Assembly: GCA_963737635.1 (NCBI GenBank)
Contig: CAVTTL010000001.1
Coordinates: 1,408,001 to 1,472,000, forward strand
Reading direction: 5' to 3'
Length of the DNA: 64,000 nt
Origin: an uncultured Methanoregulaceae archaeon
GTDB taxonomy: Archaea; Halobacteriota; Methanomicrobia; Methanomicrobiales; Methanospirillaceae
The position numbers and the translations under genes were made by a program. Below are positions 1-10,064 of this stretch, one piece after another. Below the pieces are notes generated by a model. It did no database searches. It was not told the origin of the DNA and was given only the letters and a program-made list of their open reading frames with translations. Numbering within the stretch: the stretch's first letter is position 1; every line of letters starts with the position of its first letter.

Positions 1-53
1 GCAGCAGAGTGTGTGGAGTATTACCAATCGGTGAATGCAAAAAAAGAGTGATT

Positions 54-2729
54 TCAGGAAACCTGGTTGCCCTGGATCACATCGTCCTCGGTCACGTTGA
101 TATACCGGGTGGTCCCGTCAATATGGTACGGCCCGGTTGCCCTGACGTCGTACGGTGAGCCTGACGTGGGATAGGGTACGTCAAACATCCCGTTCTCGCT
201 TGCCTGCCGGTAGACAAACATCCGTCCCGTGTTGGTAACGACCGGAACCTCGATGATTCCGTCACCGGTAATGGGTGCCCCTTTGACGTACTCAAAAACC
301 TTAACCGTTTTTATATTGGGGAGGGTGACGGTTTTCGATTCCGGAAATGCCGTAATGGTTGCATTACCCGGCGATTCGTGAACAAGCCGGTAATGTTCCA
401 GGGCTGGAACGGTTGCGACCGGCGCGTTCGGCAGACTGGAGTAAAGGCCGGCATAGTTCGATGCGGAGAGTGACTGACCCTCCGGTACGAGCGTGAGATT
501 GCCCGTACCATTGGAAATGTCGACCGGTACATCACCGGAAATCACCCTCGCGTACCCGTTTACATCGCCGGCAGACTCTCCGGGGGCCGGCACCTGTCGG
601 ATCTGGTACTGGACGTATTCCACGTTCGTGGGCGTGGTCATAGACCCGTCAAAGTTGTAAAGCCGGGAGATCGTGGTCTGGAAATACCCGTTGTTAAACC
701 GGTGGACTGTGTCCAGGACGTTGGTGTTACCGGGCTCCGGGAGCACAAACCACGTGATATAAGGCGAAATATCGGTTGAGCCGTCCGCCCAGGGCACAAG
801 GTTGGTGAACGTATCCACCGCGAGGTTTGAATCGACGACGACATACCGACCCCCTAGTCCGGCAAGGATGGCATCTGCCTGCGACTCGTTCTGCCGAAGG
901 AAATACGCGGCAGCCCCGTTGTTTCCGGCAAGGTTGTCCTGGAACGGGTTTGTGATCGGGATCCGGTGCGCGAAGAACGTGATCCAGTTGCCTGCATCCC
1001 ACGATGCCATGACCCCGTAGGAGGCGTTGGGGTACACGTATCCGGAAGACGGGTATTCACCGAAATAATCGACGCCGGTGGCAGGTGTCGAATTGCCAAG
1101 CCAGGTGACCGATTCGATCCAGTCCGGTGACAGTTCATGATCCGGGGTAGAACGTCCCAATTCAAGATCCTTGTAGACGGAAACGCCGATAAGACCAACC
1201 GTAAGGAGAAGAACCAGTGCCAGGCAGAGGATCTTAATCTTTCCAGGGATTTTCCTGGTCTCCTCCCGGGATTGGGGTGATTTCTTTTTTCTGCCTTTGC
1301 GGTCGGGAGAACCTGCAGGTTTTTCCGGGGCGTTTCTCTCACTATCAGGTTCTGCGGTTGGAACCGGGACAAACCGGGTCACTATTGATGAGATTTGTGC
1401 ACGCACTCCGGCATCCTGCCAATGGAAGGTCTCTGTGATACAGATGGCACTCAAAAGAACGATGTTGACCGTACTGTAGTAGTCGAACCGCTGGTACTGG
1501 ATGGTAAGGAGGAGCACTACGACCGACCAGATCAAAAGAAAGATCCATTCGGCCTTTGGTTTTTTTATGATGGAATACCCAAGCACCAGGAATCCGCCTG
1601 CTGTGAGGAAGAGGGCAAGCCCGAAGAAGTCCCATGCCACCGGCAGGGTAAGGGGGAGTGTCTCTACAACCCCCACCGAAAACTGCATGGAGCCAAAAAT
1701 GAGATCGTAGGCCTGCTGCCCTATCGCGGTAAACGGTGGGTACAGGAAAAGTGCTATAATCCCGGCCCCTGCGAGAATCACGAGGCTGAGCAGGTACGGG
1801 AGTTTCTTTTTGCAAAATATATGGGAAAGTGCAAAAAGCGCGATGGTTTCAGCGAGCAGTGCGAGGTGGATGTATACCAGTCCGGGCGAATACTGCGTGA
1901 TCGAGAGCCCGGTCGCATGAAACCCAAAAAGGACGAGAAGTGCGGCCGAAAGTAAAAGGAAGATCCCGTTCGCAATCAGCAGGTCGCCGGACGAACGGCC
2001 GGTGCAGTGATCAAGGATGCACTGTACCAGCGTGTAGATGCCGATCACCACGAGCATCAGGATTACGGTCGGGGATGCGAGAAGCGCGCAAAAAAAGCAG
2101 ACCCCGGCAAGGGCGGCAAGCAGGATCGGCATATACAACGTACGGAGGTTTTTCCTGTCAATGTCCTGTTTTCGTGCATATACGATCGAGGAGAGGTAGA
2201 GCAGCACAAAAATCGTGCTGATGAACGTTTCAGCGATGTGGTGGCTGATCAGGCCGTACGATGAGAGAAAGAAATAGTGATAGGATACGACAGCGACAAG
2301 CCCGGCAGCAACAAGCCCGGTCTGCCAGTCCCGGATCGTTTTTCCCGTGTAGTACATAACCGGGACCATGAGGGCAGCCATGATCGGTGAGACAAAACCG
2401 GCCACAGAAACGATGGAAGCATGCGAAGTGGCCCCGGTGATCAGGCAGAGGACTGCAACGGTAAAGGGATATAGCGGCCCCCAGTCGATAAATTTCCCAG
2501 TCGGATAGGCAGTCATCGGGTCATACCAGTTGTACTGAGGGAAATGGTGCACCATTACTTCGATTTGGCGCAGGGTATACCAACCGTCCGTGTCAAAGGT
2601 ATACAAAAAACCGGTATCCTTGATAAACAATGCAGGAATGAGCCGGAGAAAAAGGGCAACTGCCATAAAAATGAGCAGAATGAGTACAAGACCGGTTCGT
2701 GATTTCCAGTTCGGTATAGTGAGACGCAT
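54..2729 (-). CDS. aglB: Oligosaccharyltransferase, STT3/AglB family
   Basis: 891 aa multi-TM protein with N-terminal DTDGWY (DxD-like) motif, HHIAE, WWDYG-like SWDAG motif and NPFQ. Confidence 0.9.
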   Translation of the reverse strand: MRLTIPNWKSRTGLVLILLIFMAVALFLRLIPALFIKDTGFLYTFDTDGWYTLRQIEVMVHHFPQYNWYDPMTAYPTGKFIDWGPLYPFTVAVLCLITGATSHASIVSVAGFVSPIMAALMVPVMYYTGKTIRDWQTGLVAAGLVAVVSYHYFFLSSYGLISHHIAETFISTIFVLLYLSSIVYARKQDIDRKNLRTLYMPILLAALAGVCFFCALLASPTVILMLVVIGIYTLVQCILDHCTGRSSGDLLIANGIFLLLSAALLVLFGFHATGLSITQYSPGLVYIHLALLAETIALFALSHIFCKKKLPYLLSLVILAGAGIIALFLYPPFTAIGQQAYDLIFGSMQFSVGVVETLPLTLPVAWDFFGLALFLTAGGFLVLGYSIIKKPKAEWIFLLIWSVVVLLLTIQYQRFDYYSTVNIVLLSAICITETFHWQDAGVRAQISSIVTRFVPVPTAEPDSERNAPEKPAGSPDRKGRKKKSPQSREETRKIPGKIKILCLALVLLLTVGLIGVSVYKDLELGRSTPDHELSPDWIESVTWLGNSTPATGVDYFGEYPSSGYVYPNASYGVMASWDAGNWITFFAHRIPITNPFQDNLAGNNGAAAYFLRQNESQADAILAGLGGRYVVVDSNLAVDTFTNLVPWADGSTDISPYITWFVLPEPGNTNVLDTVHRFNNGYFQTTISRLYNFDGSMTTPTNVEYVQYQIRQVPAPGESAGDVNGYARVISGDVPVDISNGTGNLTLVPEGQSLSASNYAGLYSSLPNAPVATVPALEHYRLVHESPGNATITAFPESKTVTLPNIKTVKVFEYVKGAPITGDGIIEVPVVTNTGRMFVYRQASENGMFDVPYPTSGSPYDVRATGPYHIDGTTRYINVTEDDVIQGNQVS

Positions 2730-2970
2730 GGGATTCCTTTAGGCGCATTCTTTCTGTGCGGGTTCACATCGGTTTAATTGTCCGGATCGTTCTCTCATTG
2801 TAACACCATATATATTGTGAAACGATAGTGCCTGGCTTGGAATGAGATCTCTTAAAACCGGAAACCAGATTTGTCTAAACTATCCGAAGAACAACGGGGC
2901 AGGAATTCCAATTCGATTGATTCTTTAAAGCAAATGTGGCATCAGTCCCCTGCATCATCATGAATCAGTG

Positions 2971-3007
2971 GGGGTAACTTTCATCACTTGCCACGGAATG
3001 TTTAAAT
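2971..3007 (+). repeat. Copy A of a 37-bp direct repeat (copy B at 6429-6465)
   Basis: GGGGTAACTTTCATCACTTGCCACGGAATGTTTAAAT versus GGGGTAACTTTCATCATCTGCCAAGAAATGGTTAAAT, 32/37 identical. Confidence 0.85.
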
Positions 3008-3153
3008 ATTTTTAATCTTTATACTATATAAAACTTATCGTAAAATGGGGCTTTGAGTTCTGTCAAGTCTTCGGATTGTTAAATTCGGAACTGCCGGCAA
3101 CTTGACAAAACCCGAGTAAAGGATAGGACAAAAAGAGATACCGGCTGAAAAAA

Positions 3154-3808
3154 TTATGCTTCCTTTTGCACCAACCGGCTCCCGAGCTCGGTACGCTTTT
3201 TTGCACTCTTTCGGGAATATCTTCCTACGCCGTTCCTTCCGCACTTCAGGATCGGCATAGTCGAAGACGACCTTCGTATAGTCCTTGAACTGGAGTGTCT
3301 CGAAGGAGAAGAGAGATTCGGAGTGCCCGAACGTGCGAGTGAGGTGGGCTTCGTTCTCATTGGTGTGGACAGTGTACTGATAATCCTTCATATGCTGTTC
3401 CGAGAGATTCATCGTGTAAATGAACGCGGTTCGGATCTTCCTCCCGAAGAGAGATGACGGGATTTTTGTGTAGGCAAGGTATGGGAAGAGGAGCCGTTCC
3501 ATGAAACAACGCATCTCCCCTGTCACGGTCCCGAAATATATCGGCGATCCGAGGATGAGGGCGTCCGCATCGTGTATCCTGTCGAGGAGGGGGGTCAGCC
3601 CATCCTGTCTTGCACATTTCCCGTAACTCTTCCCGCCCCTGAGCTTGCAGGCAAAGCAGCTTGCGCATCCCTTGAAGTCAATATCGTAGAGATGGATCAA
3701 TTCAGTTTCCGCACCTGCGGACCGTGCTCCGGAAAGGGCATGTTCAAGCAGAGTTGCCGTATTCCACGTCTTCCGTGGACTCCCATTAATAGCAATTACT
3801 TTTGTCAT
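3154..3808 (-). CDS. Flavodoxin-family / iron-sulfur flavoprotein (NADPH-dependent FMN reductase fold), frameshift near 3194
   Basis: GSPRKTWNT, CASCFAC...C and LGSPIYFG motifs; the natural C-terminus ELGSRLVQKEA* lies in another frame ending at 3154. Confidence 0.8.
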
Positions 3809-3823
3809 AGTTCCCTTACCAGG

Positions 3824-4486
3824 TTAACGGCACCGTGATTTCCTCACACGATTTCCAATTTCGGTGCCCATGGCTACTAAAGCTGCGATCACATCTTTCT
3901 GGTCCTCAACCTGCTGGATTTTTATTGAGGCACGTACGGCATCCGGCCCGTACTTCCTTATGACCCCGCTCAGGGGGCAATCTAATCCGGGACCGCACAC
4001 GACACAGGGCACATTTCCCAAAACCCCGACAGCACCGACAACATCCATGCCTTCTGTCATCATAAAATGTTTTACCGAAGAGATTGCATGTTCCATCGAC
4101 GGGGACAGCACGGCATTTTCCGGAGGATGAGCACTTGTAACGATGATTCCCCCGGGCTTACCTCTCAAGAACCCATGTTTATGCCTCAGGCACCATAACC
4201 TTTCGAGGAAGGATTTCGTCCGTCCATCAAGATATCCGTAAGGCGGATATGCGGCAACAATAAGGGCATCGGCATACCGGATTTTTTGTGCCAGGGCTGT
4301 AGCATCATCTTTAAGGATGCAGACGTTTGTCTCTTCACATCCAAGACATGCCCTGCACGCTTGGTAGGTGTAATCGGATAATTTGATGAACTCTGTTTCC
4401 TCCCCGGCTGCGTCAAGAGCAATGCGTAGTGCCCGATCAGTATTGCTGTTCGGGACAGGAGATCCCGAAATACCAATTATGGTCAT
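3824..4486 (-). CDS. Iron-sulfur flavoprotein (flavodoxin family)
   Basis: GSPVPNSNT and CRACLGCEETNVC (Cx2Cx2Cx5C) motifs, plus an extra C-terminal CVVC-x5-C. Confidence 0.8.
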   Translation of the reverse strand: MTIIGISGSPVPNSNTDRALRIALDAAGEETEFIKLSDYTYQACRACLGCEETNVCILKDDATALAQKIRYADALIVAAYPPYGYLDGRTKSFLERLWCLRHKHGFLRGKPGGIIVTSAHPPENAVLSPSMEHAISSVKHFMMTEGMDVVGAVGVLGNVPCVVCGPGLDCPLSGVIRKYGPDAVRASIKIQQVEDQKDVIAALVAMGTEIGNRVRKSRCR

Positions 4487-4507
4487 GTTCGTTTTTCCTC
4501 ATATGCT

Positions 4508-4912
4508 TTAAAGAAGCTTCTTTCCGGCATTCGGACCCGGCTGGCATTCGAAGACATCGGTGATCTTTACGATAATGAGAGAACGTGCAGGCGCGGCCGG
4601 ATTCTTTTTGTTCATTTTTACCTTCATTTCGTCGAAATCCTTGCCGCTGGTCTTGACCGTCGCATGACCCTTGATCTGGAAGCAGCCCTTGATCTCAGGA
4701 CCCCAGATATAGAGCGCAATCTTCGGGTTTACCTTAAGATTTTCAAGCGACTTGTTCATGAAATTGTCCGTGATCCAGATGGTATCGTCGCTCACGAGTT
4801 CGACCATTTTGATGGGAATAACGTTTGGTTCACCGTCTTTTGATGCGGTCGCAACCGGGAAGATATTCATCTTGCCAAACGCTTCTTTCATTTCTGCAGT
4901 TAGTTGTGCCAT
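4508..4912 (-). CDS. Pyridoxamine 5'-phosphate oxidase-like FMN-binding protein
   Basis: VATASKDGEPNV, DNFMNKSLENLKVNPK and PGPNAGKKL motifs. Confidence 0.85.
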   Translation of the reverse strand: MAQLTAEMKEAFGKMNIFPVATASKDGEPNVIPIKMVELVSDDTIWITDNFMNKSLENLKVNPKIALYIWGPEIKGCFQIKGHATVKTSGKDFDEMKVKMNKKNPAAPARSLIIVKITDVFECQPGPNAGKKLL

Positions 4913-4947
4913 AATAAAATCTCCGCTCATTGATTATGTCCGAGAGA

Positions 4948-5358
4948 TTACAACCCGGCCCGCTCGACAATAACGTCAGCCACAGCCTTTGCGCTCTTGA
5001 ACGGGAAATCTGATGCCTTCAGGAGTTTTCCTGCCTCACCTGCGGTCATCTTCAGGTCTCCAACTTGGCAAGTTGTGTTTGCACCGTCTGGGAACGCCGA
5101 GATTAGGTCTTTTGGAGTTTTGACTGGGAACTTCGCGCCTTTGAGTGCGCCGGTAATCTGTGCGTGGATCTGATTCTTTACCGACGGCTCATTATTTATC
5201 ATGCTGGAGATCTCGCCGGCTGCTTTGCCGATCGAGCAATCTGCATTGTGGGTTCCGCACCCGAAACATGCGCCCTTGATCGCTTTGAGAGATTCTTCAG
5301 CCTTTGCCATCGATACTTCGGTTCCTGTACAATTCCATGTAGGCATTTTTTTCACCAT
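4948..5358 (-). CDS. MTH865-family protein with an N-terminal Cys-containing segment
   Basis: C-terminal ALKGAKFPVKTPKDLISAFPDGANTTC...DFPFKSA matches MTH865; N-terminal CFGC-x6-C. Confidence 0.7.
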   Translation of the reverse strand: MVKKMPTWNCTGTEVSMAKAEESLKAIKGACFGCGTHNADCSIGKAAGEISSMINNEPSVKNQIHAQITGALKGAKFPVKTPKDLISAFPDGANTTCQVGDLKMTAGEAGKLLKASDFPFKSAKAVADVIVERAGL

Positions 5359-5477
5359 CCACAGATGCTCATGTTACAAATATATACTTGAGCGTCATGA
5401 AAATATACAAATCATTTTTGGTACAGAAAAATGACCCTCACGGTCATAAGCATTCCAATCAAATACGAGAGGAGAGT

Positions 5478-6227
5478 ATGGGAACAGTACCGGGGGCAAT
5501 GACGGAGATTCGCGAGCTAAAGACGGAGATCACAGGTCTGCGCACGGATCTGAAGCGGTTCATCGAGCAGGCGAACCAGCAGCATCTGGAGGTAATACTT
5601 GGAGACGTTAAGAAAGAGTACGCCGGGGTGTTTGCAGATCACCAGATTGGTACTGCGAAGGCCGATCTGTCTGCCCGCATGGTAGAGGATTGTGCTAAGC
5701 GGAAGACCTGTTACGGGGTATTCATGGAGTTCCTGGAGAATTCTGCCCAGCATATCACAGACGGAAATATCTCTGACGAGTTGATCCAGTCGTACCGGGA
5801 GCGGATGAAAACACTCCGGAATAAGGGGCCGTACGATCAGTGTGATACCTGTTTTTCTGAGGTTGGCAGACTTTTCGAAAAACAGGTTGCATTAATGAAG
5901 ACACTCGGCATCTACCAGAAGAGTCCCGATACCTCGGATTTGGTGGCGGAAATACCTGATCAGATAGTGGTAAATGACCTCCTTGAACCGGTGGCGAACA
6001 TCCAGCGGTTCCAGATAGTTAAGTCGCTTACATCCGGGACCCGAACATTCTCGGATATCTCCCAGTTGACCGGCCTGAAAGGCGGGAACCTCCTCTTCCA
6101 CATCAAGAAGCTAACGGAATCCGGCATGATTCTCCAACGTCACGAGCGGGGAGATTACATCATTACGGATAAGGGATTTAAGACGCTAACGGCGATTGCA
6201 CAGCGGTACCAGCTGGTGAATCAATAA
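5478..6227 (+). CDS. ArsR-type winged-helix transcriptional regulator with Cys pairs
   Basis: C-terminal TFSDISQLTGLKGGNLLFHIKKL...Y.IT.KG winged helix; C-x5-C and CDTC motifs; divergent from the flavoprotein genes. Confidence 0.8.
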   Translation: MGTVPGAMTEIRELKTEITGLRTDLKRFIEQANQQHLEVILGDVKKEYAGVFADHQIGTAKADLSARMVEDCAKRKTCYGVFMEFLENSAQHITDGNISDELIQSYRERMKTLRNKGPYDQCDTCFSEVGRLFEKQVALMKTLGIYQKSPDTSDLVAEIPDQIVVNDLLEPVANIQRFQIVKSLTSGTRTFSDISQLTGLKGGNLLFHIKKLTESGMILQRHERGDYIITDKGFKTLTAIAQRYQLVNQ

Positions 6228-6405
6228 ACTGGTGACGTGGACCGGGCTGATACACCTACGATAAATCATTGCACAGATCGCGGGGCGGCATTTATCGGAA
6301 TCACTTTTATTAGATTGCATATTACCTGCGAAAGTAGGTCTATAGATCTCCTCTAAAAAGACGAATGCGCTTGCTAAAAAGGCTAAATTTTGGTCGGAAA
6401 TACAT

Positions 6406-6465
6406 AGTTACCCCCACTAAAAGCATATGGGGTAACTTTCATCATCTGCCAAGAAATGGTTAAAT
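6406..6465 (+). promoter_or_regulatory. Palindrome AGTTACCCC-N14-GGGGTAACT plus repeat copy B ending in TATA-like TTAAAT, upstream of catalase
   Basis: Inverted 9-mers at 6406-6414 and 6429-6437, about 100 bp before the katE ATG. Confidence 0.6.
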
Positions 6466-6568
6466 CTTGTTCATTAATGTCTTTTTGCTGGAACAGTGTA
6501 CACGGGAGCCTGTAATTATACTTACATTAATAAGACGGGAGCCGTATCTACCAGATTGTGAACAGACC

Positions 6569-8018
6569 ATGGCCAAGAAAATCCTCACCACGGATCAGGG
6601 TGTCCCGGTAGCCGACAACCAGAGCTCGCTCACTGCCGGGCAGCGTGGGCCGGTCCTTCTGCAGGACGTCCACTTTATTGAAAAACTGGCGCACTTTGAT
6701 CGGGAACGGATCCCCGAACGCGTCGTGCATGCCAAGGGTGCCGGCGCCCACGGGTATTTCCAGGTATACAAGAGCATGGCAGAGTATACCAAAGCGAAGT
6801 TTCTGCAGGATCCGCAGAAGAAGACACCGGTCTTTGTGCGGTTCTCGACCGTTGTCGGGGCACGGGGTTCCGCAGACACGGCACGGGATCCCCGGGGATT
6901 TGCCACAAAGTTCTACACAGAGGATGGCAATTACGATCTCGTAGGAAACAACCTGCCGGTCTTTTTCATCCGTGACGCGATCAAATTCCCCGATATGGTA
7001 CATGCATTCAAGCCAGCCCCGGATACCGGTTATCCCACGAGTTCATCAGCCAACAGCAGGTTCTGGGACTTCATATCCCTGCACCCGGAGTCCACTCATA
7101 TGATGACTTGGCTCTTCTCTGACCGGGGTACGGTCAAGAGCTACCGGAAGATGGAGGGATTTGGCGTCAACACCTATATCTGGGTGAATATGAAGGGAAC
7201 GGGCCGGTTCGTGAAATTCCACTGGAAACCGGTCTGCCGGTATCGAGACCATCGACCGGCACGAGGCAACAAAACTTGCCGGAGAGGATCCGGACATTGC
7301 CACCCGGGACTTGCACGAATGGATCGCATCGGGAAAGACCGCTGAGTTCGAGCTGAACGTCCAGCTCATGGAATTCGAGGATGAGTCCAGGCTCGACTTC
7401 GATCCTCTCGATGCAACCAAGACATGGCCCGAGGACAGGTATCCCCTCATGAAGGTGGGAAAGATGGTGCTTGACAGGAACCCGGAAAACTTCTTTTCCG
7501 AGACCGAGCAGGCCGCGTTCTGCCCTGCTTCCCTTGTTCCGGGCGTTGAACCGTCAGCTGATAAGCTCCTCCAGGGCCGGCTTTTTTCCTATGCTGATAC
7601 CCAGCGGCATCGTCTCGGCCCCAATTATCTCCAGATCCCCATCAACAGCCCAAAGGTCGAAGTGAACAGTAACCAGCGCGACGGGTTCATGCAGTCCGGC
7701 GCCGGCCATACCGGCACCGTCAACTTCGAGCCAAACAGCCTTGGGGGCGGGGAACCCCAGCAGTCCGGTGAGCCGATTTATGGGGGACGCCCATTTGCCG
7801 GGAGTTTTGTCAGGGAAAAGATTGCAAAGGCAAATGACTTCCAGCAGCCCGGGGAGCGGTATCGTTCATTGTCAAAGACCGAACAGGATCATCTAGTAGA
7901 CAATATTGTCGATTCATTGGGACATGCAAACAAGGAGATCCAAAAACGGATGGTGGATAACCTCACTAAGGCTGATAAGGAACTCGGGCAGAGGGTGGGA
8001 AAGGGGCTGAATCTTTGA
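6569..8018 (+). CDS. katE: Monofunctional heme catalase (frameshift near 7234)
   Basis: [28 protein letters not shown] and GNN in the first ORF; proximal heme motif [16 protein letters not shown] in the second ORF. Confidence 0.92.
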
Positions 8019-9085
8019 ACGGTGCCGCAGGTGCGCCGCGGATCATCTCGTGGAACATTACACTGCAATGCCCCCTGAAGTGTCCACACTGCTACGTAGA
8101 TGCCGGTCAAGAAGCAGCCGATGTGCTTTCCACGCAGGAAGCATACGCTGTCATTGACCAGATCCGGCTGACCGGGACGCCGGTGGTTGTGCTGAGTGGA
8201 GGTGAGCCCCTGATGCGTGATGATCTCTGTACTATAGCACGGTATGGAACGGATAGAGGGCTCCGGATGGTGATGGGCACCAGCGGGTATTTCCTTGACC
8301 GGAAGATGGCAGCGCAACTCCGGGAAGCAGGGGTCCGTGCAGCGGCTGTCAGCATCGACTCTGCAAATCCGGCGGTCCACGATTCATTTCGGGGTGTCAG
8401 CGGTGCGTGGGAGAAAGCCATTGCCGCGATACGAAACTGCCGTGATGAAGGAATGGGTGTCCAGATCAACATGACGGTCATGCAGCCTTCTTCCGGGGAA
8501 ATAGAATCCGTCGTAGAACTCGGGAAGGATTTAGGTGTTCGGGATTACCAGATCTTTTTTCCCATTCCGACCGGGCGGGCGTACGGGGCAGGGTCGGTGA
8601 ATGCGGGGGAGTATGAGGAGGTAATCCGGGAGGTGCTTGTGAAGTACGGGAATAGTGATGTGAACCTCCGTCCGACCTGCGCCCCCCAGTTTCGCAGGAT
8701 CGCCGAGGATCTTGGGATCAGCAACCCGGCATGGGGGAGGGGGTGTATTGCCGGGATCAGGTACTGCCGCATCTATGCAAACGGCGATGTTACGCCATGT
8801 CCTTACCTGCCAGTGAGTGCAGGTAATGTGCGGACGAAGTCGTTTGCCGCGATCTGGCATGACGCTCCGCTTTTCCATGCGCTCCGGGACCCGGACCTGC
8901 TGACGGGAAAATGCGGACGGTGTTCCTACAAGCTCTCCTGTGGCGGCTGCAGGGCCCGGGCTTACCGGGGAGCGGAGGCTTTCTCTCCTCGCTGGTGCGA
9001 TGGCCTCGAACGACCTGCGACTGCCACGGGAGAGCTCTGTGCCGAGGACCCGTGGTGCCGGTATGAACGAAGAGGTACTTCATGA
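8015..9085 (+). CDS. ahbD: Radical SAM heme synthase AhbD-like
   Basis: CPLKCPHC, SGGEPL, TCAPQF and SPASM GC...PCPY...CGRC...CGGCRARAY motifs; clustered with ahbA/B/C. Confidence 0.75.
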   Translation: MNGAAGAPRIISWNITLQCPLKCPHCYVDAGQEAADVLSTQEAYAVIDQIRLTGTPVVVLSGGEPLMRDDLCTIARYGTDRGLRMVMGTSGYFLDRKMAAQLREAGVRAAAVSIDSANPAVHDSFRGVSGAWEKAIAAIRNCRDEGMGVQINMTVMQPSSGEIESVVELGKDLGVRDYQIFFPIPTGRAYGAGSVNAGEYEEVIREVLVKYGNSDVNLRPTCAPQFRRIAEDLGISNPAWGRGCIAGIRYCRIYANGDVTPCPYLPVSAGNVRTKSFAAIWHDAPLFHALRDPDLLTGKCGRCSYKLSCGGCRARAYRGAEAFSPRWCDGLERPATATGELCAEDPWCRYERRGTS

Positions 9086-9591
9086 ACGATGCAACGCATG
9101 CCGATACCCTCGATCTCGATATTCTCAATGCTGTCCAGCAGGATATTCCGTGTGTTCCCCGCCCGTGGGCAGCGATCGCGTCCCGGCTTGGCATTCCGGA
9201 ATCGGAACTGCTCGAACGGCTGGGCCAGCTTTGCCGCGCCGGGATCGTCCGGGGTATCTCGCCCATCATCGAGTCCGGGCCGCTTGGCCTTACCGCCGCG
9301 ACGCTGGTGGCACTTCCTATCCCCGAAGAGAGGATCCGGGAAGTGGCAGACTTCATCAGCCGGTATCCGGAAGTGTCACATAATTTCCGGCGGAACCACC
9401 GGTATTCTCTCTGGTTCACGCTATCAGCAAAAGATGAAGAGGCACTTCGTAAGATCCTTGATGAAATGCTCCTCCAGACAGGGTTTGCCGAGGATGATAT
9501 CCTCAATCTGCCAACCATTCGGAAGATCAAAATCGATGTCCGGTTCCCGCTTGCCACAAATCACCGGGGAGGATCAGATGGACCAGCGTGA
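9082..9591 (+). CDS. ahbA: Siroheme decarboxylase subunit alpha (Lrp/AsnC-like)
   Basis: Q.DIP.VPRPW, EVSHNFRR.H.YSLWFT and KIDVRF motifs. Confidence 0.8.
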   Translation: MNDATHADTLDLDILNAVQQDIPCVPRPWAAIASRLGIPESELLERLGQLCRAGIVRGISPIIESGPLGLTAATLVALPIPEERIREVADFISRYPEVSHNFRRNHRYSLWFTLSAKDEEALRKILDEMLLQTGFAEDDILNLPTIRKIKIDVRFPLATNHRGGSDGPA

Positions 9592-10064
9592 CCTGCAGAT
9601 CCTTGCCGAACTCGAAAACGGGCTACCGCTCGTTCCCGAACCTTTTGAGGAGATAGGTAAACGGCTTGGGATGACTGGAGAAGAAGTTCTGGGAAGGCTA
9701 GAGGGTCTGCGGGGTGCCGGTATCATCCGGCGGTTCCGTGCACGCATCAACCAGCGACAGCTCTGGCATCACCGCAAATGCCCTTGTTGCATGGGACTGC
9801 AATGGAAAGTCTGCCGGTGAAACCGGCAGACTACTGGCATCTTTTTCCGCCGTCACCCACTGCTACGAGCGAAAGCCTGTACCCGGCCGCTGGGAGTATT
9901 CCCTCTATACGGTGCACCACGGTTTCTCGCGTAAGGAAGTTCGGGATGAGGTCCGAAAGATAGCGAAGGAAACAGGTCTGTCTGATTATCTCATCCTTTT
10001 CAGTACCGTTGAGTTCAAACGCGTCCCGAATGTCCGCATCCGGGAGAATAGGGGTGGCAAGTGA
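9578..10064 (+). CDS. ahbB: Siroheme decarboxylase subunit beta (frameshift near 9762)
   Basis: MDQRDLQIL..L..GLPLVPEPF joined to GITANALVAW...VTHCYER...W.YSLYT.HH...LFSTVEFK across two frames. Confidence 0.8.

Noticed and set aside
6240-6345. Hammerhead-like ribozyme downstream of the regulator
   Set aside because: Stems exist (GATAAAT/ATTTATC and ACCTGC-GAAA-GTAGGT) but the core reads CTGATAC rather than CTGANGA and the topology does not fit.
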